Source: Eledone cirrhosa
Taxonomy: Eukaryota
DNA length: 64,000 bases
Direction: 5' to 3'
Assembly (NCBI GenBank): GCA_964016885.1
Contig: OZ024742.1
Span: 256,432,001-256,496,000 of the forward strand
Part shown: piece after piece, positions 14,033 through 27,668 of the stretch
Numbering within the stretch: position 1 is the first letter of the stretch
Layout of the letters: the number at the start of each line of letters is the position of its first letter
Program-made: the position numbers and the translations under genes
Notes under the pieces: model-generated
Databases searched by the model: none
Told to the model about the DNA's origin: nothing
The model's input: only the letters and a program-made list of their open reading frames with translations

Positions 14033-14832
14033 ATATTGTTATACTTGGGGAGGGTCATATTGTTGTAATAATATTGCCTGGAATAATAACTGAACGCACT
14101 CACTGTTTGGTTGGTTTTCGCTTCTGTATCTTTTATATCCCCACAGTTATTCATTCGGTCCTAAATATTTACCATTGACTGAAAAATACAGATATAATAT
14201 AGATATAAAAAGTCAAAAATACACATATAATATAGATATAAACAGTCAAAAATACAGATATAATATAGATATAAACACATATATATAGTCTAACAAATTT
14301 ATTTCGTTCCATATCGTCAGTGGTACTATTATGTTCCTCCTGTTGTATTGTATATCTACGCCATCTTTATTCTATCAGTTTATTTATTTATTTATTATTG
14401 TCTTCTTCTCTGCGCATGCGTTTGCGTGTGTGTATAGTGTTTGGTGTGTGTTCGCGTTTGCGTGACTGTGTTTTGGTTATTGTATTCTATCTTAGTTTAC
14501 TAATGTGTGTTTATATGTGTTTATTGTTATTGTGCTTGAGAGTGTTGGTCTAACCTTTCTCCTATGCTACGAGCTTCTCGCCTATGTATGATGTTGCCAT
14601 GCTTCTCCAAGTACCCTTTGCACAGTTTATGCTATAGAGTACATTTCTAGTTTTACAGTTTATCCGGGGGTTTACTTTACATATAACACATTTCCTATTA
14701 ATATAGCGGGTTTTCTTAAAAGGGTATGGTTTGCTGATCAGGTATTTTATGATAGTTCCTGGCTTTTCTACCACTTTAGTCTTTAAGTGGGTCTTTCTCA
14801 GGGCCTGTCTACACTGGTTAGCTACTGTATTC
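14033..14832 (-). mobile_element. PLE 3' fragment (Nematis-like linker/GIY-YIG start) with pseudo-LTR
   Basis: KVVEKPGTIIKYLISKPYPF..CVIC..NCKTRNVLYSINC..SYIGE; HHR-like CTGACGA..GAAA at 14302-14320; ends atatgaccctccccaagtataacaa(ta)n like 49350 and 60030. Confidence 0.75.
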
Positions 14833-15245
14833 ATATATATATATTTAATGTGGGCTCCTTTTGAAACTAATATATATATATATATATATCAAACTACCCG
14901 GTTTGTTTCCGCTTTTCTCCCTTCTTGTATTTTCTACTGAGGATCCTGCTTTTACTCCACGTTGGACAACAGTCCTTACTATCTTCTGTTTTACTATTAC
15001 TCTCCTTTCTATAATTTTCTCCTTTAGCTATGCACTTGCGCACTCTATATTTGTGTAATAGGGCTAAAGGCATAACTTGTCTTTACCTGTTTTATTAAGT
15101 CCCAGTATGCAGTGGAAAGAAAGGCATCGAAACCGTGGTGAATTACAGAATTTGACTGACGAGATGGGACTGTCCGTCTTTCCGTTGAATTCAATGATGG
15201 TCTGCCTAGCCATAAGTATAATGTCAATCTCATTATTGGTTATGT

Positions 15246-16360
15246 CTATGAGGTTCCTCCAATTTGACATTGACAGCTATTACGCTTCAATAACCCCGGC
15301 ATTGCTCAACAAAACATTAACCCTAGCCAGCACGAACTGTGACATAACCAATAATGATATTGACATCATACTTATGGCTAGGCAGACCATCATTGAATTC
15401 AACGGAGCACTCTGGACTAGAAAAGACAGAACAGACAACTTTGACATCACTATGGGCTCAAGAGATTCTGCGCAAATCACCGATTTAGTTGGAATTTACA
15501 TATTACATAACATCAGAGCTGAAATCCAACCCTTGCAAGGCGGAATATATAGGGACGACGCCCTATTTGCAGTCCACAATTGCACTAATCGAGGCATTGA
15601 CATGCTCAAAAAACAATTACATAGATTATTTAAAAATAACGGTCTCTCTATCACCATCGAGCCGAACCATAAAGTAGTAAATTCCTAGACGTTACCCTAG
15701 ATCTTAACAATAACCTATATTACCATTATCATAAACCAGGTGAAATACTTACATATATTAACCCACACTATAACCACCCACCCGCAGTCATCAGAGCAGT
15801 AATCAAATATATCTCGTATAGGATCTCCATGGTATCAGCAAATGGGGAGATATTTATAAACCATGTGGCATGTTATAATAGGGCTCTTTCTGATCTGGTT
15901 ATGAACAGTCCATTTACTACATACCTAAATGTCATAACACAGCACTTCACCACAACCATAATAAATTTAACACTAGAACTAGAAATACCTCAGCATATAG
16001 CCAGATTCGCCGGAATTTTAGCAGTAACAGGGAACATTAATGGTGGCAGTGGCCTACATCCCACTCCAAGTAACAAACTAAAAATCAACCCTAGAATAGG
16101 AATGAACAATGGGATGACAAATAACAAATGCCCAGGTAATAATAACCCTATGAAGGCCCCTACCATCTCCACTAGAACCCCTAGAAGGAATAGGCCTAGA
16201 AATATCACCTGGCTTAACCCCCCTCCCTCATTCTCATCTAATCTACCCACAAATATCCCTAAATTCTTCTTCTCTATCACATCTAGCAACCATAGATATT
16301 ACAAATTCTTTAATAAAAAGAACGTTAAAATCTCATTCTCCACAACACCTAACCTAGCTA
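15246..16360 (+). mobile_element. Naiad-type PLE reverse transcriptase fragment with 5' inverted duplication
   Basis: FLQFDIDSYYASI, FDITMGSRDSAQITDLVG, GGIYRDDAL, FLDVTLDL, NITWLNPP.FS.NLPTNI, HRYYKFFNKKNVKISFSTTPNL; about 15180-15245 is the reverse complement of about 15341-15406; truncated at (TA)n. Confidence 0.85.
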
Positions 16361-17269
16361 TATATATATATAGTGAAACCAAAAATGAAAAATTGAGAAA
16401 AATGTGTCCTTCACTCCCTCAATGTCTCTGGAAGAATTAGGATTTATTCCTGCATAAAGTGGTATAGGTTACAAAGGTTTATTTGCTCATGGCTCACCAT
16501 ATATCACGATGGTGCGCCCTTCAAGTCTATCATCAATTAAGGACACATTTGGCGGCAAGAAGCTGTATATAACTTGGTGTAGAATACACATATAAGGGAT
16601 ACATGTTCATAGTTTAAGTTTTGTAAATCTGTTACAAATACCCAATCGAATTATTTGTATCATGATCTGATATATATTTACCATACCCAGTACATTTTGA
16701 ACGTATACCATTTTTTTTCTACAGGAATATTGCTTACTGTGTTAAATTATCTGGAGCAATCAAATTCTATAAAAACTTGATTAACTTTCTTCCGAAAAGA
16801 AATTCTCTTTTTCTATATTTTCCTTCTGATACATATCAGTATATCGTTTTAATATAATTTCATGATATTTTTCATAATTATATCAGAATTATTTCAGGTG
16901 TTCACACATAGTTGTTTAAAATATTTTCATACGTAATATTTCATTAGTGCCTATGTGGAATGCACATTAATTTCACTTGCTCTGTTATTCGACCTCCCTG
17001 AAACAGTGTAGAGTTTGTCCCCTTTCTTTCCTTTTCCTTTTATTTATTATTCTTTTGCGCAACATTTTTTTTTTACTTTATTGTTTGTTATGTTAATCCA
17101 ATATATAAACAACACATTTTGCTCATTGCAAAATTTTCATCGACAATAAATTAATTATTACTAAAACAAACGTTGTCAAACATTGACAGTCAAACATTAA
17201 TTGACACCAAATATTTCAAGCACTGATCGCTTCGATGATGAGTATTTCACTCATTGGAACAGTCGGTAA

Positions 17270-17500
17270 TTGGCAGCGCATTCCAGAAACACATGTCCCA
17301 TTAATATATCTCAAAGAGAGATTCAGCGTGACAAAACTATTCGCTTTGAATTACGGGGAGCCATTCCCTTAGGTTTCAAAACAGCTTCTTCTTCCCACTG
17401 ACAATCACATGGCTTGGGTTGAATTGAGAACCTGGTAAATGACACTTGACTAACATGGGATCAAAAGCGGCACCTAAGGAGTGAGAAATTAAACACGCCT
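17270..17500 (-). mobile_element. Highly degenerate SINE family B remnant
   Basis: gagagattcagcgtgaca..tttgaattac matches the family B body motif (cf. 20266, 51870). Confidence 0.4.
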
Positions 17501-17557
17501 AGTAGAAAAATATTATGGTAAGTATGTGTAAATCGACAGTAGTCATAAACATTGCTG

Positions 17558-17574
<17 letters not shown>

Positions 17575-17612
<38 letters not shown>

Positions 17613-17622
17613 CACTACTACT
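17575..17622. repeat. (CTA)n microsatellite
   Basis: Near-perfect ctactacta run. Confidence 0.95.
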
Positions 17623-18128
17623 ATATAAATACAATGGTAAACAGGGAAATAATTATTGAAAGGACAAGGTAAAATAATTAATTAGACTATTGATTTACGA
17701 TCGTTTCAAAGAGCAAATTATCGAAGTGCAGAAATCAATACCACTTAGGCAAATAAAAGTATTAAAAAATCACATCACTTCTGGTTTCTGTAGTATATAT
17801 ATATAAATATGTACGTGTGTGTGTGGCTGTATGTGTGTGTGTGTGTGGGGGGGGGGGGGGGTTGAGGGCAGTGGGCGTGTCGATGAGTTAAGGTTATTAC
17901 TTTTTCTTGGCTTCTATTAGTATAAAACTCAACGAATATGCCATAACAAAGAATTATATATATACATATTCAAACACAGAAACGAGTATATATATATATA
18001 AAGGGAGGGAGATGTATAGTGAGAGAGCGACACAGAAAATAGTATCCAATATTACATACCAATATATTTTCTTCTCTAGAAAACTTACCAGTCTTAATTG
18101 GTGCCTTATATATATTATGTATATATAT

Positions 18129-18193
<65 letters not shown>

Positions 18194-18653
18194 GTGTGTG
18201 TGTGTGTATAATTGTTGTCATACGCAAAGCCGAAAATGATTAGATATAAAGCAATAAAGCATCCATTACATTTTCCCTGGGAAACTGTTTTTATTGGTGT
18301 AAATATAACTAAAATGACAGCTCTACATTTCAACAGTAGAGACAAGAATTATTTCTGTCTGGAAGCGAAGATAAATATTTTTTAGCACACATTGTTTATT
18401 TACTATTCTTCTTAAATGCTAACTCACTACAAATCCACCTTTTTCCATCTTTGTATTTTATTTTTTTATTCGCATCTGCCCAGAGTTTTTCACGCTTTCT
18501 TTATCCCTTCTCTTTCTTTCTTTCCCTCTATCTCTCTATTCAAATATTTATGTATATATGTATATATATGTTACAAACACACACACGCACACACACACAC
18601 ACATATATATATATATACATAAAATATATATACATACATTATATATATATAAG

Positions 18654-18687
<34 letters not shown>

Positions 18688-18689
18688 AT

Positions 18690-18950
18690 ATATTAACAAA
18701 TGGAAACTATATTTATAAAACCATATTTATTTTATTATGCATATTTCAAGGGCCACCAAGGCAGATTATGGTGCGCTTTCATCAGATAAAATGCCTTGGT
18801 GGCCCTTGAAATATATATAATAAAATAAATATGGTTTTATTAATATAGTTTCCATTTGTTAATATATTGTATATTTACTCCAATAATTTGTTGAGTGCTT
18901 TATATCAGTTATAAAAACATTTTAGCAACAAATCAAATATAACCTTTGCA
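18690..18950 (+). mobile_element. Short fold-back pseudo-LTR element with HHR in the inverted arm
   Basis: 18690-18763 is inverted relative to 18792-18865; minus-strand HHR at 18729-18792 attttat-CTGATGA-aag..ctt-GAAA-tatgca-TA-ataaaat; (TA)n on both sides; sister copy at 22629. Confidence 0.75.
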
Positions 18951-18965
18951 TATATATATATGTAT

Positions 18966-19046
<81 letters not shown>

Positions 19047-19096
19047 TGTATTTATATATATATATATATATGCATTTATATATATATATATATATG

Positions 19097-19975
19097 CAAA
19101 CGGAAAAAATTAAACGAAATTTCATTTCTCACCCTTAGTACGGCTGTTACTTAAATATAAGTATGTATACGTACATACATATATGTATACAGACGTACAG
19201 TAGTATGTATATATATATACATACAAGCACACACATATATATGTACGTATGGATTCACCGAACATTTATTATAATGCTCGGTGTGTTTGTAAACAAACAT
19301 CCCGAATTAAGCCGTACAGTGTCAGTATTGTCAGTGTTGAACAAATGAGCAACGATGGTTGCTAGACACTAGACGGCTTAATTCGGGATGTTTGTTTACA
19401 AACACACCGAGCATTATAATAAATGTTCGGTGAATCCATACGTACATATATATATGTGTGCTTGTATGTATATATATATACATACTACTGTACGTCTGTA
19501 TACATATATGTATGTACGTATACATATTATATTTAAGTAATAGCCGTACTAAGAGTGAGAAATGAAATATCGTTTAATTTTTTCCGTTCATCGTTTTCGG
19601 TACCTCGGCCGATTAACTCACTCTATATGCAAATTAGGCTGCTCAGCCGTTAATATGCATAAAGAAAGTATATACTTTAAGACATTCAATATTCCGGCAG
19701 GAAGGTATACGTTGCTGACGATAGCTAATAAGCTTGAAACTAGTGCAGCGTTTCTTTGTCAATGTTGAACAAATGAGCAACGATGGTTGCTAGACACTGT
19801 ACGGCTTAATTTGGGATGTTTGTTTACAAGCACACCGAGCATTATAATAAATTTTCGGTGAATCCATACGTACATATATATGTATGTGTGCTTGTATGTA
19901 TATATATATATATATATATATACATACTACTGTACGTCTGTATACATATATGTATGTACGTATACATACTTATAT
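19097..19975 (+). mobile_element. Non-coding HHR-bearing tandem element (~428 bp period) with ~225 bp 5' inverted arm
   Basis: 19328-19525 repeats at 19756-19968; 19097-19323 is the reverse complement of about 19360-19588; embedded in (TA)n. Confidence 0.85.
19710..19750 (+). ncRNA. Minimal type I hammerhead ribozyme (GUG at cleavage position)
   Basis: cgttg-CTGACGA-tagct aata agctt-GAAA-ctag-TG-cagcg; palindromic stem III actagt. Confidence 0.75.
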
Positions 19976-20062
19976 TTATATATATGTATATATATATATA
20001 TATTCGTATATATATATATACACACACAACACACACACGCACCCCACCACACCCACACACGC

Positions 20063-20110
<48 letters not shown>

Positions 20111-20265
20111 TGACGCGGTTATATTTAGCATTAGCCATGAACCTCTTTGCTCAAATTTACTCACTCAATGAGATATGATTCGACCATGTATCGATCAAAA
20201 CATGTCTCAGAATTTCAACAAATTGTATGTTCTCAATGTGGCTATATGAATGGATGAATATTTTT

Positions 20266-20345
20266 TGAATCTCCCTGAGAATTACGCACACGGATCTCTA
20301 GATTGCTCAGCCACTTACACGTTAATTATATGAGTTGTCTGTAAA
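20266..20345 (+). mobile_element. SINE family B body fragment
   Basis: gaatctccctgagaattacg..tgctcagccacttacacgttaatt. Confidence 0.55.
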
Positions 20346-21689
20346 TCTGAAACAAGCTTCGTTGAAACTAATGTAGGTCCATTCCATGTTTGTCAATTAT
20401 GTACGCATTACATTTGTAGTATTTTTCCAAGAGTGTAAAAACCAATTTTCCCTGGCAAATTGTGTTAGAGAGCACCAGAAAAAAAAATATATTTAACAAA
20501 ATTATTTAACTTTTGAATAAGGGAAAGTTTATTTGAAATAAAGCTGAAGGAAATGGTAAATTTCCAGAAGCGCAGTGTATGAAACATTGTGCGATGTGAT
20601 TGAAAGAGTTAGATTTTGTATAATACTTTATTTATTGCCACTAATAAAATCTAAAACTTTTGAAAAACTACCAAACTATATTGTATAAGACATTGGGAAA
20701 ATTATCGCAGACTAAAGTTCTTATGCGTACATAAAATATCTATATTGCATTTCATAAAGATAAGAGAAAAATATAATTACTATGGTTCAGATATGATAAT
20801 GCCATTTTGGCGTTTCGGTGAATAATTCTAAGTTGAGATTAGGAAGCTTACAAAATGTTAAGTTTATATTACCGGCAATTCAGTCTGTTCATCTTTCATA
20901 AATTTTTATTCTTATATTTTCAGTTGTTTGAATTATTTGTAAAGTTAATTTCCATTGGCAAACGTTAGGTCTCTTGTCGTAAATATTGATTATTCAGTTA
21001 TCATCGTCTTGTGAATAACTCACTGACTCTTGCTCCACCAGTTGCTTATAGTTCTACAGGAAATTATATTGCGACTGCATTAGAGGCAGGTAAATATATT
21101 TCTGTTTATCAGGTTCTAAATTTATCTCTGATAAAAGATAATATCAATATATATTTGTTTTATAATATTACAAATAACTTCACTCCTCGGTCCTACTTTT
21201 TAATACCATAGAAAGAAAATTACTTCGATTTTCTGAAAAGAATCTAAATGTAATAAACAGAAAAATCTAATTTTTAAAAACTGAAAATGTTTTTATGCCG
21301 CACGGTAATAAATACTATATCATTGAATGTTCAATGACTATAAAACTAATGGACTTATCCAGGAATAAAAACAACGTTCTATAAATACATTCATTTTTTT
21401 CTTAACTTAGCAAAATACGATATTTCTTTTTCCTCCGTAATATTTTCCACAAAGTACATCTGTTACCATTTATATATTTATTGATGTAAAATCTATAAAG
21501 GTTTTAAAATACCTTGTCTGATGTTTAACAGTCAACTTTCAAATGTATGCCTAGTATAAATGTGATCATGGTTGCATTCAACTTGAAACTACTAGCTGAA
21601 CGATTTAACCTCATGTTCTTGACATATCAATACTAAGAAACCCATACAGTTTTTTCAAACATTTTGGGAAAAATATCTCATATGGATAC

Positions 21690-22240
21690 ACAGTAAAATC
21701 GCTGGACCTCTGTTCTATTTGAGGATTTTCAGTCCGAAACACTATTATAATTGTGGCTCGTAAAACCAGGTCCAAGAACAATTTCAGGCATTATATTGAA
21801 ACGGACAAATCTCCCTCCAAAGCCAATATAGAAAACTGGGTTGAGGAGTTTGAGATTTATGGGACAGTGGAACACCTTATCACAATGGCTAAGGACCGTC
21901 TTACACACTCCGGGTAACTCAAGAAACATACACAGGAAGTTCTTGACATGGTTTGAGAGTTGTTGAACAGAGTCCGAAAAAAGATAACTGCAAAGGAGAA
22001 GCCAAACTTTGAGTCCCTCTACATAGACTTGCAAAGGGGTCGTCAAAGAGTATCGTAAGAAGTACCTCTAAAGACTAAACAAAATTGTAGCTGATAAGTC
22101 CATGATAAAGACTATGGATGAGAAAATGGTGCAGACGAATGAAAACAGCACACATTATCTGAATCTGCGGTGGACCTCTGATGGAGACCACTTTTACTCA
22201 GAGAGGAAAATCAATTCTAAGCTCAATTTTTACAGCTATT
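21690..22240 (+). mobile_element. Tc1/mariner transposase remnant (N-terminal HTH and start of DDD/E domain)
   Basis: IENWVEEFEIYGTVEHL..THSG..VEQSPKK and WTSDGDHFY..INSK, resembling the WFSDEAHFHLxGxVN motif; stops and frameshifts; boundaries approximate. Confidence 0.6.
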
Positions 22241-22307
22241 TTCGAGTTTCTGATTCCTATAATCTTTTGAAAATTTTACATGATATATATATATATATAT
22301 ATATATC

Positions 22308-22470
22308 AGGACGCCATGCTTTGAAGCATAGAGTTACGTCCCTTTATGATCTGATTTCAAATCTCGCCGAGGTTAACTTTGCCTTTCATCCTTACGGGGT
22401 CGATAAAATAAAGTATCAGTAATGTACTGGGTATTTGCTGGCCTTGTGCCAATAGTAGAAACACTTATTT
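22308..22470 (+). mobile_element. SINE family A (5'-truncated)
   Basis: ttcaaatctcgccgaggttaactttgcctttcatccttacggggtcgataaaataaagta..ggccttgtgccaatagtagaaac, shared by at least 6 copies in the window. Confidence 0.85.
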
Positions 22471-22499
22471 TTACATTTTATACACGGAAGGATCATCAT

Positions 22500-22594
22500 A
22501 GAAGAAGAAGAAGAAGAAGAAGAAGAAGAAGAAGAAGAAGAAGAAGAAGAAGAAGAAGAAGAAGAAGAAGAAGAAGAAGAAGAAGAAGAAGAAG

Positions 22595-22595
<1 letters not shown>
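22500..22595. repeat. (GAA)n microsatellite
   Basis: About 31 perfect gaa units. Confidence 0.95.
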
Positions 22596-22628
<33 letters not shown>

Positions 22629-22633
<5 letters not shown>

Positions 22634-22890
22634 CAAATGGAAACTATATTTATAAAACCATATTTATTTTATTATACATATTTCAAGGACACCACTTTAA
22701 ATTATGGTATGCTTTCATCAGACAAAATACAATATAGATCAGTTTTATAAATAAATATTGAAATATGCATAATAAAATAAATATGTTTTTTTGTTAATAT
22801 CGTATGTTTACTCCAAATACTAGTTGAGTGCTTTATATCAGTTATAAAAATATTTGCTTGTATCTCAACAATTTAAATAGAACTTTTGCA
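22629..22890 (+). mobile_element. Second copy of the 18690 fold-back pseudo-LTR/HHR element
   Basis: Homologous to 18690-18950 over both arms, including minus-strand CTGATGA..GAAA. Confidence 0.75.
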
Positions 22891-23224
22891 TCTTTCCACA
22901 TAACATCCCACACTTGTTTTTTCCTTCCACGCATTACCTGTGTTTGATTTTTTTACTGTACTTGTTTATTTCTGTATATGATTTTTTGCCTGTGTTTTTA
23001 CGATTTTATTTCTATGATTTTTTGTCCACGATTGCCTGTGTTTTTAACTTTATGATTTTTTGTCTTTATTTTTCCTGTGTATACTCGCCCCGCCTTACGT
23101 TTTTCTGTTTCATTTTCCCTTCCCCGTCTCTGCCTATCCTTAACACTCACTCCTTCGTTCAACCCCACCCCGCTACACACACCTGCTTTCTCATCCCTCC
23201 CCCTGCTTTCACCCAACGCCCACC

Positions 23225-25983
23225 ATGCTCAGTCTGAGATCCTTTCTCCACCAACTACACACTAGCCTCAAACTTTTCCTCACCCCTCTCCTCCCACCCT
23301 GCTATCTCCCCTCTGCCCTTCAACTCTCCTACCTTCTCTTCGCCAAAACCCGGCACTCCAACCACATCCATTTCCTCAGCCACTGCCTCCGCGCCCACCT
23401 TATCCCCCTCGGCTTCCGTCTACACTTCCACACTTCCCCCGCCGCTTCCCCCTCCACGCAACGTATCCTCACCCGATCCTCACGCCTCCTAATGCGCAAC
23501 TTCATCCGCGCCTCCCGTTCTACCCTCCGCAAACTTGACCACCAACTGACCCCCACCCTCCTCCGCCTTAACTCCACCTGCCACCCCCTCCTCGCCCAAG
23601 CCATCCTCCTCTTCATCCAAAACCTCAACCACGACCTCTTCTCCTACCTCTCCTCCACCAAATCCCGCAAGCTATACTCACTCCTCCCAACCACACCCAT
23701 CCACCACCACCCGCCCATCCCCATGAGCCCACCACTGTCCACCCCTCCCTCGACCCACACCCCTACCCAATATCCACCCTCCACCTCACCCCTCACCACA
23801 TCCTCCCTTCCCCCCACACACCCCAACCCCCCACTTGTTGTCACGATACCCCCTGTACTCCCCCTCTCCGCACCTGAGCGCTCACTCCTTAGTAGAGGCC
23901 TTCGCTTGATACCCCACACTCCGCACAGCGACGAGTTCCGCACCCGAACGGAAGTCGAGCGATTCGTGCGACGCACGAAGCTACAGGGACATTTCGACCG
24001 AACGCCAACGGCTCCGGACGCCCCAGACCCGTTTCTCGCCCTGGGCCGACGACAATCTTCTTGGACGCCGGCCCCAGGGCAATTTAGCACCCTGGACGCG
24101 TTCGGCGATGCCAGCGGTAGGGCCATAAATCGTTTCGACTTCCGCCACCGTTCCAAACGGAATAACATCTCACAGGGCGAACTCCTCGCTCTCCGCTCCC
24201 TCCGTTGCCGAGATGACATCGTCATCAAGCCAGCGGACAAGGGAGGCGACGTGGTGGTGTGGCGCGTGAACTTCTACACGGCCGAAGCCCTCAGGCAGCT
24301 CCGTAACGCCCTCTTCTACCGCCCTCTACCCTCCGATCCCACACCCCTCTACCAACAACAAGTTTCCTCCACCATCCAACACCTTGTCTCCTCCTCCCTC
24401 CTCCCCCCACCGCTTCCCACCTCATCGTCCGCACCCCCCGCACCCCCACCATCTACTTCTTCCCCAAACTCCACAAACCCGACAACCCCGGCCGCCCCAT
24501 CGTCTCCGCTTGCAACTGCCCCACCGAACTCATCTCCGACTTTCTCGACTCCATCCTCGCCCCCCTTGTCACCACCCTCCCATCCCACATCTCAGACACC
24601 AACCACGCCCTGCGCCTTTTCGACTCCTTCACCTACCCACCCGGTCCACAGCCCTTCCTCTTCACCCTAGACATCAAGTCCCTCTATACCGTCATCCCCC
24701 ACGCCGACGGCCTACGCGCCCTCAAACACTACCTCGAACTTCGCCCCTCCCCCATTCCCTCCACCCCCACCCTCCTTCGCCTCGCCGAGCTGGTCGTCAC
24801 CCTCAACTGTTTCTCCTTCGCGGATGAGTTATAACAACAGGTCACGGGGGTAGCCATGGGTACAAGAATGGGCCCAAACAATGCCAACCTTTTGTTGGCC
24901 ATGTTGAGGCCCAAATCTTTGCCGAGTACGCCGGCCCCACGCCCGAACTGTACGGTCGTTACTTCGACGACTGTATCGGAGCCACGACCCTCACCCGAGA
25001 ACAGCTCGACTCCTTTCTCTCATTCTTCTGCTCCTCCCACACTTCCCTAAACTTCACCACTTCTATCTCCACCACCCACGTCCACTTCTTAGACATCTCC
25101 GTCGCCTTCGACCCCTCCCACCACTCCCTCGTCACCTCCGCCTTATTCAAACTCACCGACACCCACTCTTACTTCGACTTCACCTCTTCCCACCCCACAC
25201 ACACTAAACACTCTATTCCCTACTCCCAACTCGTCAGGATCCGCCGCCTCTGTAGCCGAAATGCCGACTTTGAGTCGCAAGCCCTTTCCCTAGTCAGCCA
25301 TTTCATCCGCAGAGGTTACCCCCCTCTCTCGTCCACACCGCTCTCACCCGTGCCCGTGCTGTCCACCGCTCCACCATCTCACCCCATACCACCACACACC
25401 CACCCACCGTCTCCCCTTCCCAATCAACTACCACCCCTCCACCATACTTCTCCACCGCACCATCCTACGCCTCTTCCGACGCCTCCAGTCCGACCCCTCC
25501 AGCTCCCACATCTTCCCAGCCCCACCACTCCCCTCCTTCAAACGCGCACGCAATCCCCCCTCCTCGTCCACAGCCCCCCCCCGCTTCCTTTCCCTGTTCT
25601 AGGCCGGCTGCAACACCTGTCCCCACATCACCAACACCACCACCACCTTCTATGGTCCCAACGGCCAATCTCTCTCTGTCCGGCATCCCTTCCGCTGCAC
25701 CTCCTCCAACCTAGTCTACGGAATTCGGACTTACGTCGGAGAGACTGAACGTCGCCTGGCGGACAGATTTACTGAGCACCTCTGGGATATTCGTCTCGGT
25801 GGTAGTTCCCCCATCGCCCGCCAGTTTGGTGCCCCTGGACATTCCGCACACCATCCTACAGTCTGTGGCATACACCAATGCCACGGAACACCCGCCAATC
25901 TCCTAAGAGTTGAACAACGAACCAGCTTCATCTTACAGACCCACACTCCCCACGGCCTGAACTCCACATCCTTATTCATTTAG
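23225..25983 (+). pseudogene. PLE RT + GIY-YIG endonuclease ORF (frameshifted)
   Basis: LLSRGL, DDIVIKPADKGG, YFFPKLHKPDNPGRPIVS, TLDIKSLYTVIPH, GVAMGTRMGP, RYFDD, FLDI, TDTHSYFDFTSSHP..SIPYSQ, YVGETERRLADRFTEH, TPHGLN. Confidence 0.92.
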
Positions 25984-27169
25984 CCTTCGACCGCCCCCCT
26001 CCCTTCACACATATCCCCCACTAACACCACTAACACACCCCTCCTTTTCACCGCCCACCCCACAACTAACAATACTAACACCTCAACCCCACAACCGACC
26101 ACCTTTCCCCAACTAACATACTAACATCCCTCCCTTCTTCTCCTCCCCCTCCTTATCACACGCACACACCCACCGGCACATATATACACGCGCTCACACT
26201 AAACTCACACCCTACTACCAACACTAACCCTCACCCCCACATATCCACCCCATCAACCCGCAAATAACATCACTAACACCCCCTGACCCCAAGCACACGA
26301 ACACACACACCCACTTATACCACCCACCCTACACGCAACTAACATCACTAACACCCCCAAACCCTACGCACACGTACACACACACCCTCTTACACCACCC
26401 ACTCAACACACCCTACCACCACTGACCCACACTCACACCCGCATTCAAACCTTTCTCCACCTCCTGTATACTAACACCCACTAACTACCCCTTCACCAAA
26501 CACACACACCAGTACACTACACTCCCTCCATCGGCCACCACACCCTTCTCTCCCCGCTCCACCCACACCCTTTCTCAAACACTCACTCATACCACTAACA
26601 CCTCTACTAATACACACACACCCCCTTCTCACTCCAACTTTCACACCTACCCATCCTCTCCCCTGTCCACCGCACAAACTGACACACCTTCACTTACCAT
26701 TCTACCCTACTGCTGCTATGCCCTCTGACCACCTCCCCGCACACACAGACACACAACACTCCTCCTGCCTTGACCCTCTGACTACTTCTTGTTGCACGCG
26801 CACCCCACATCTCCCCTCTTCCGACCAATCTCTTCACGGATTACACGTATGTGAACCTTGATCCCGGAATCCACCACATCCCAGGATTTTACTAAGCATT
26901 CCACCACATCTTTTTACGGAATTACCTTTATGACTCACCCACACACACACACCCTATAACATTTTTTTTTTCCACACGCCACCTACACCAACAACACACA
27001 TAAACACCACACACACACGTGCGTACCACCACATATTTACACATTCAGCCTCCGGAATCCTCTCCCCCACCCCTCTATCAACACACGCACACACACTCCG
27101 ACCTACACCCCACCCCACACACACCTCTTCCTGAACATGCAACCCCGTTCTTCCCCCAACGCTTGCTTT

Positions 27170-27200
<31 letters not shown>

Positions 27201-27450
27201 GTACACCTACACACACACACCACCTTCAGCCCTCCCCGCTCGGACACCCCGTATCCCTCTCCCCACTCCACCCGCCACCACCCCTACACGCTCCACACCC
27301 TTCCACCACCTGTTTTACCCCATCTTAATTTTATTTTCATCATGCCTTTATTTTTAATTTCATTTGCACCGTTCCCTCTCACCCTCTTTTTGCTATATGT
27401 CTCTCCACCACTCCCCTACACACCCTTTGAACTCTCTTCGCACACACTTT

Positions 27451-27486
27451 TCACCTGAAGAAGGGCTTATGCCCGAAAAGTCGTTC
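27451..27486 (+). ncRNA. Minimal hammerhead core in Neptune pseudo-LTR
   Basis: CTGAAGA-a-gggc ttat gccc-GAAA-ag-TC; stem I is weak. Confidence 0.65.
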
Positions 27487-27571
27487 TCTACCACCATCCC
27501 ACTCTCAAAAGCGTGAAATTAATAAACTTTTCTTTCTACTGCCTCTCTGTTTTGTTCCCGTTCAATTTTTC

Positions 27572-27668
<97 letters not shown>

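Larger units (their letters stand above)
22891..27575 (+). mobile_element. Near full-length Neptune-type Penelope-like element
   Basis: Long ORF remnant, CA-rich 3'UTR, pseudo-LTR with HHR core at 27455, aataaa, ends in (TA)n; 5' boundary approximate. Confidence 0.85.

Noticed and set aside
14175-14280. Three ~31 bp direct repeats (CRISPR-like periodicity)
   Set aside because: No spacers; a simple tandem duplication inside a pseudo-LTR in eukaryotic DNA
16389-16549. 12 bp inverted repeat aaatgtgtcctt/aaggacacattt after (TA)n
   Set aside because: Could be another pLTR inversion, but too short and lacking an intact HHR or second copy to support a call
22422-22655. Poly-Arg ORF resembling a protamine
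   Set aside because: Translation of a (GAA)n microsatellite between a SINE tail and (TA)n
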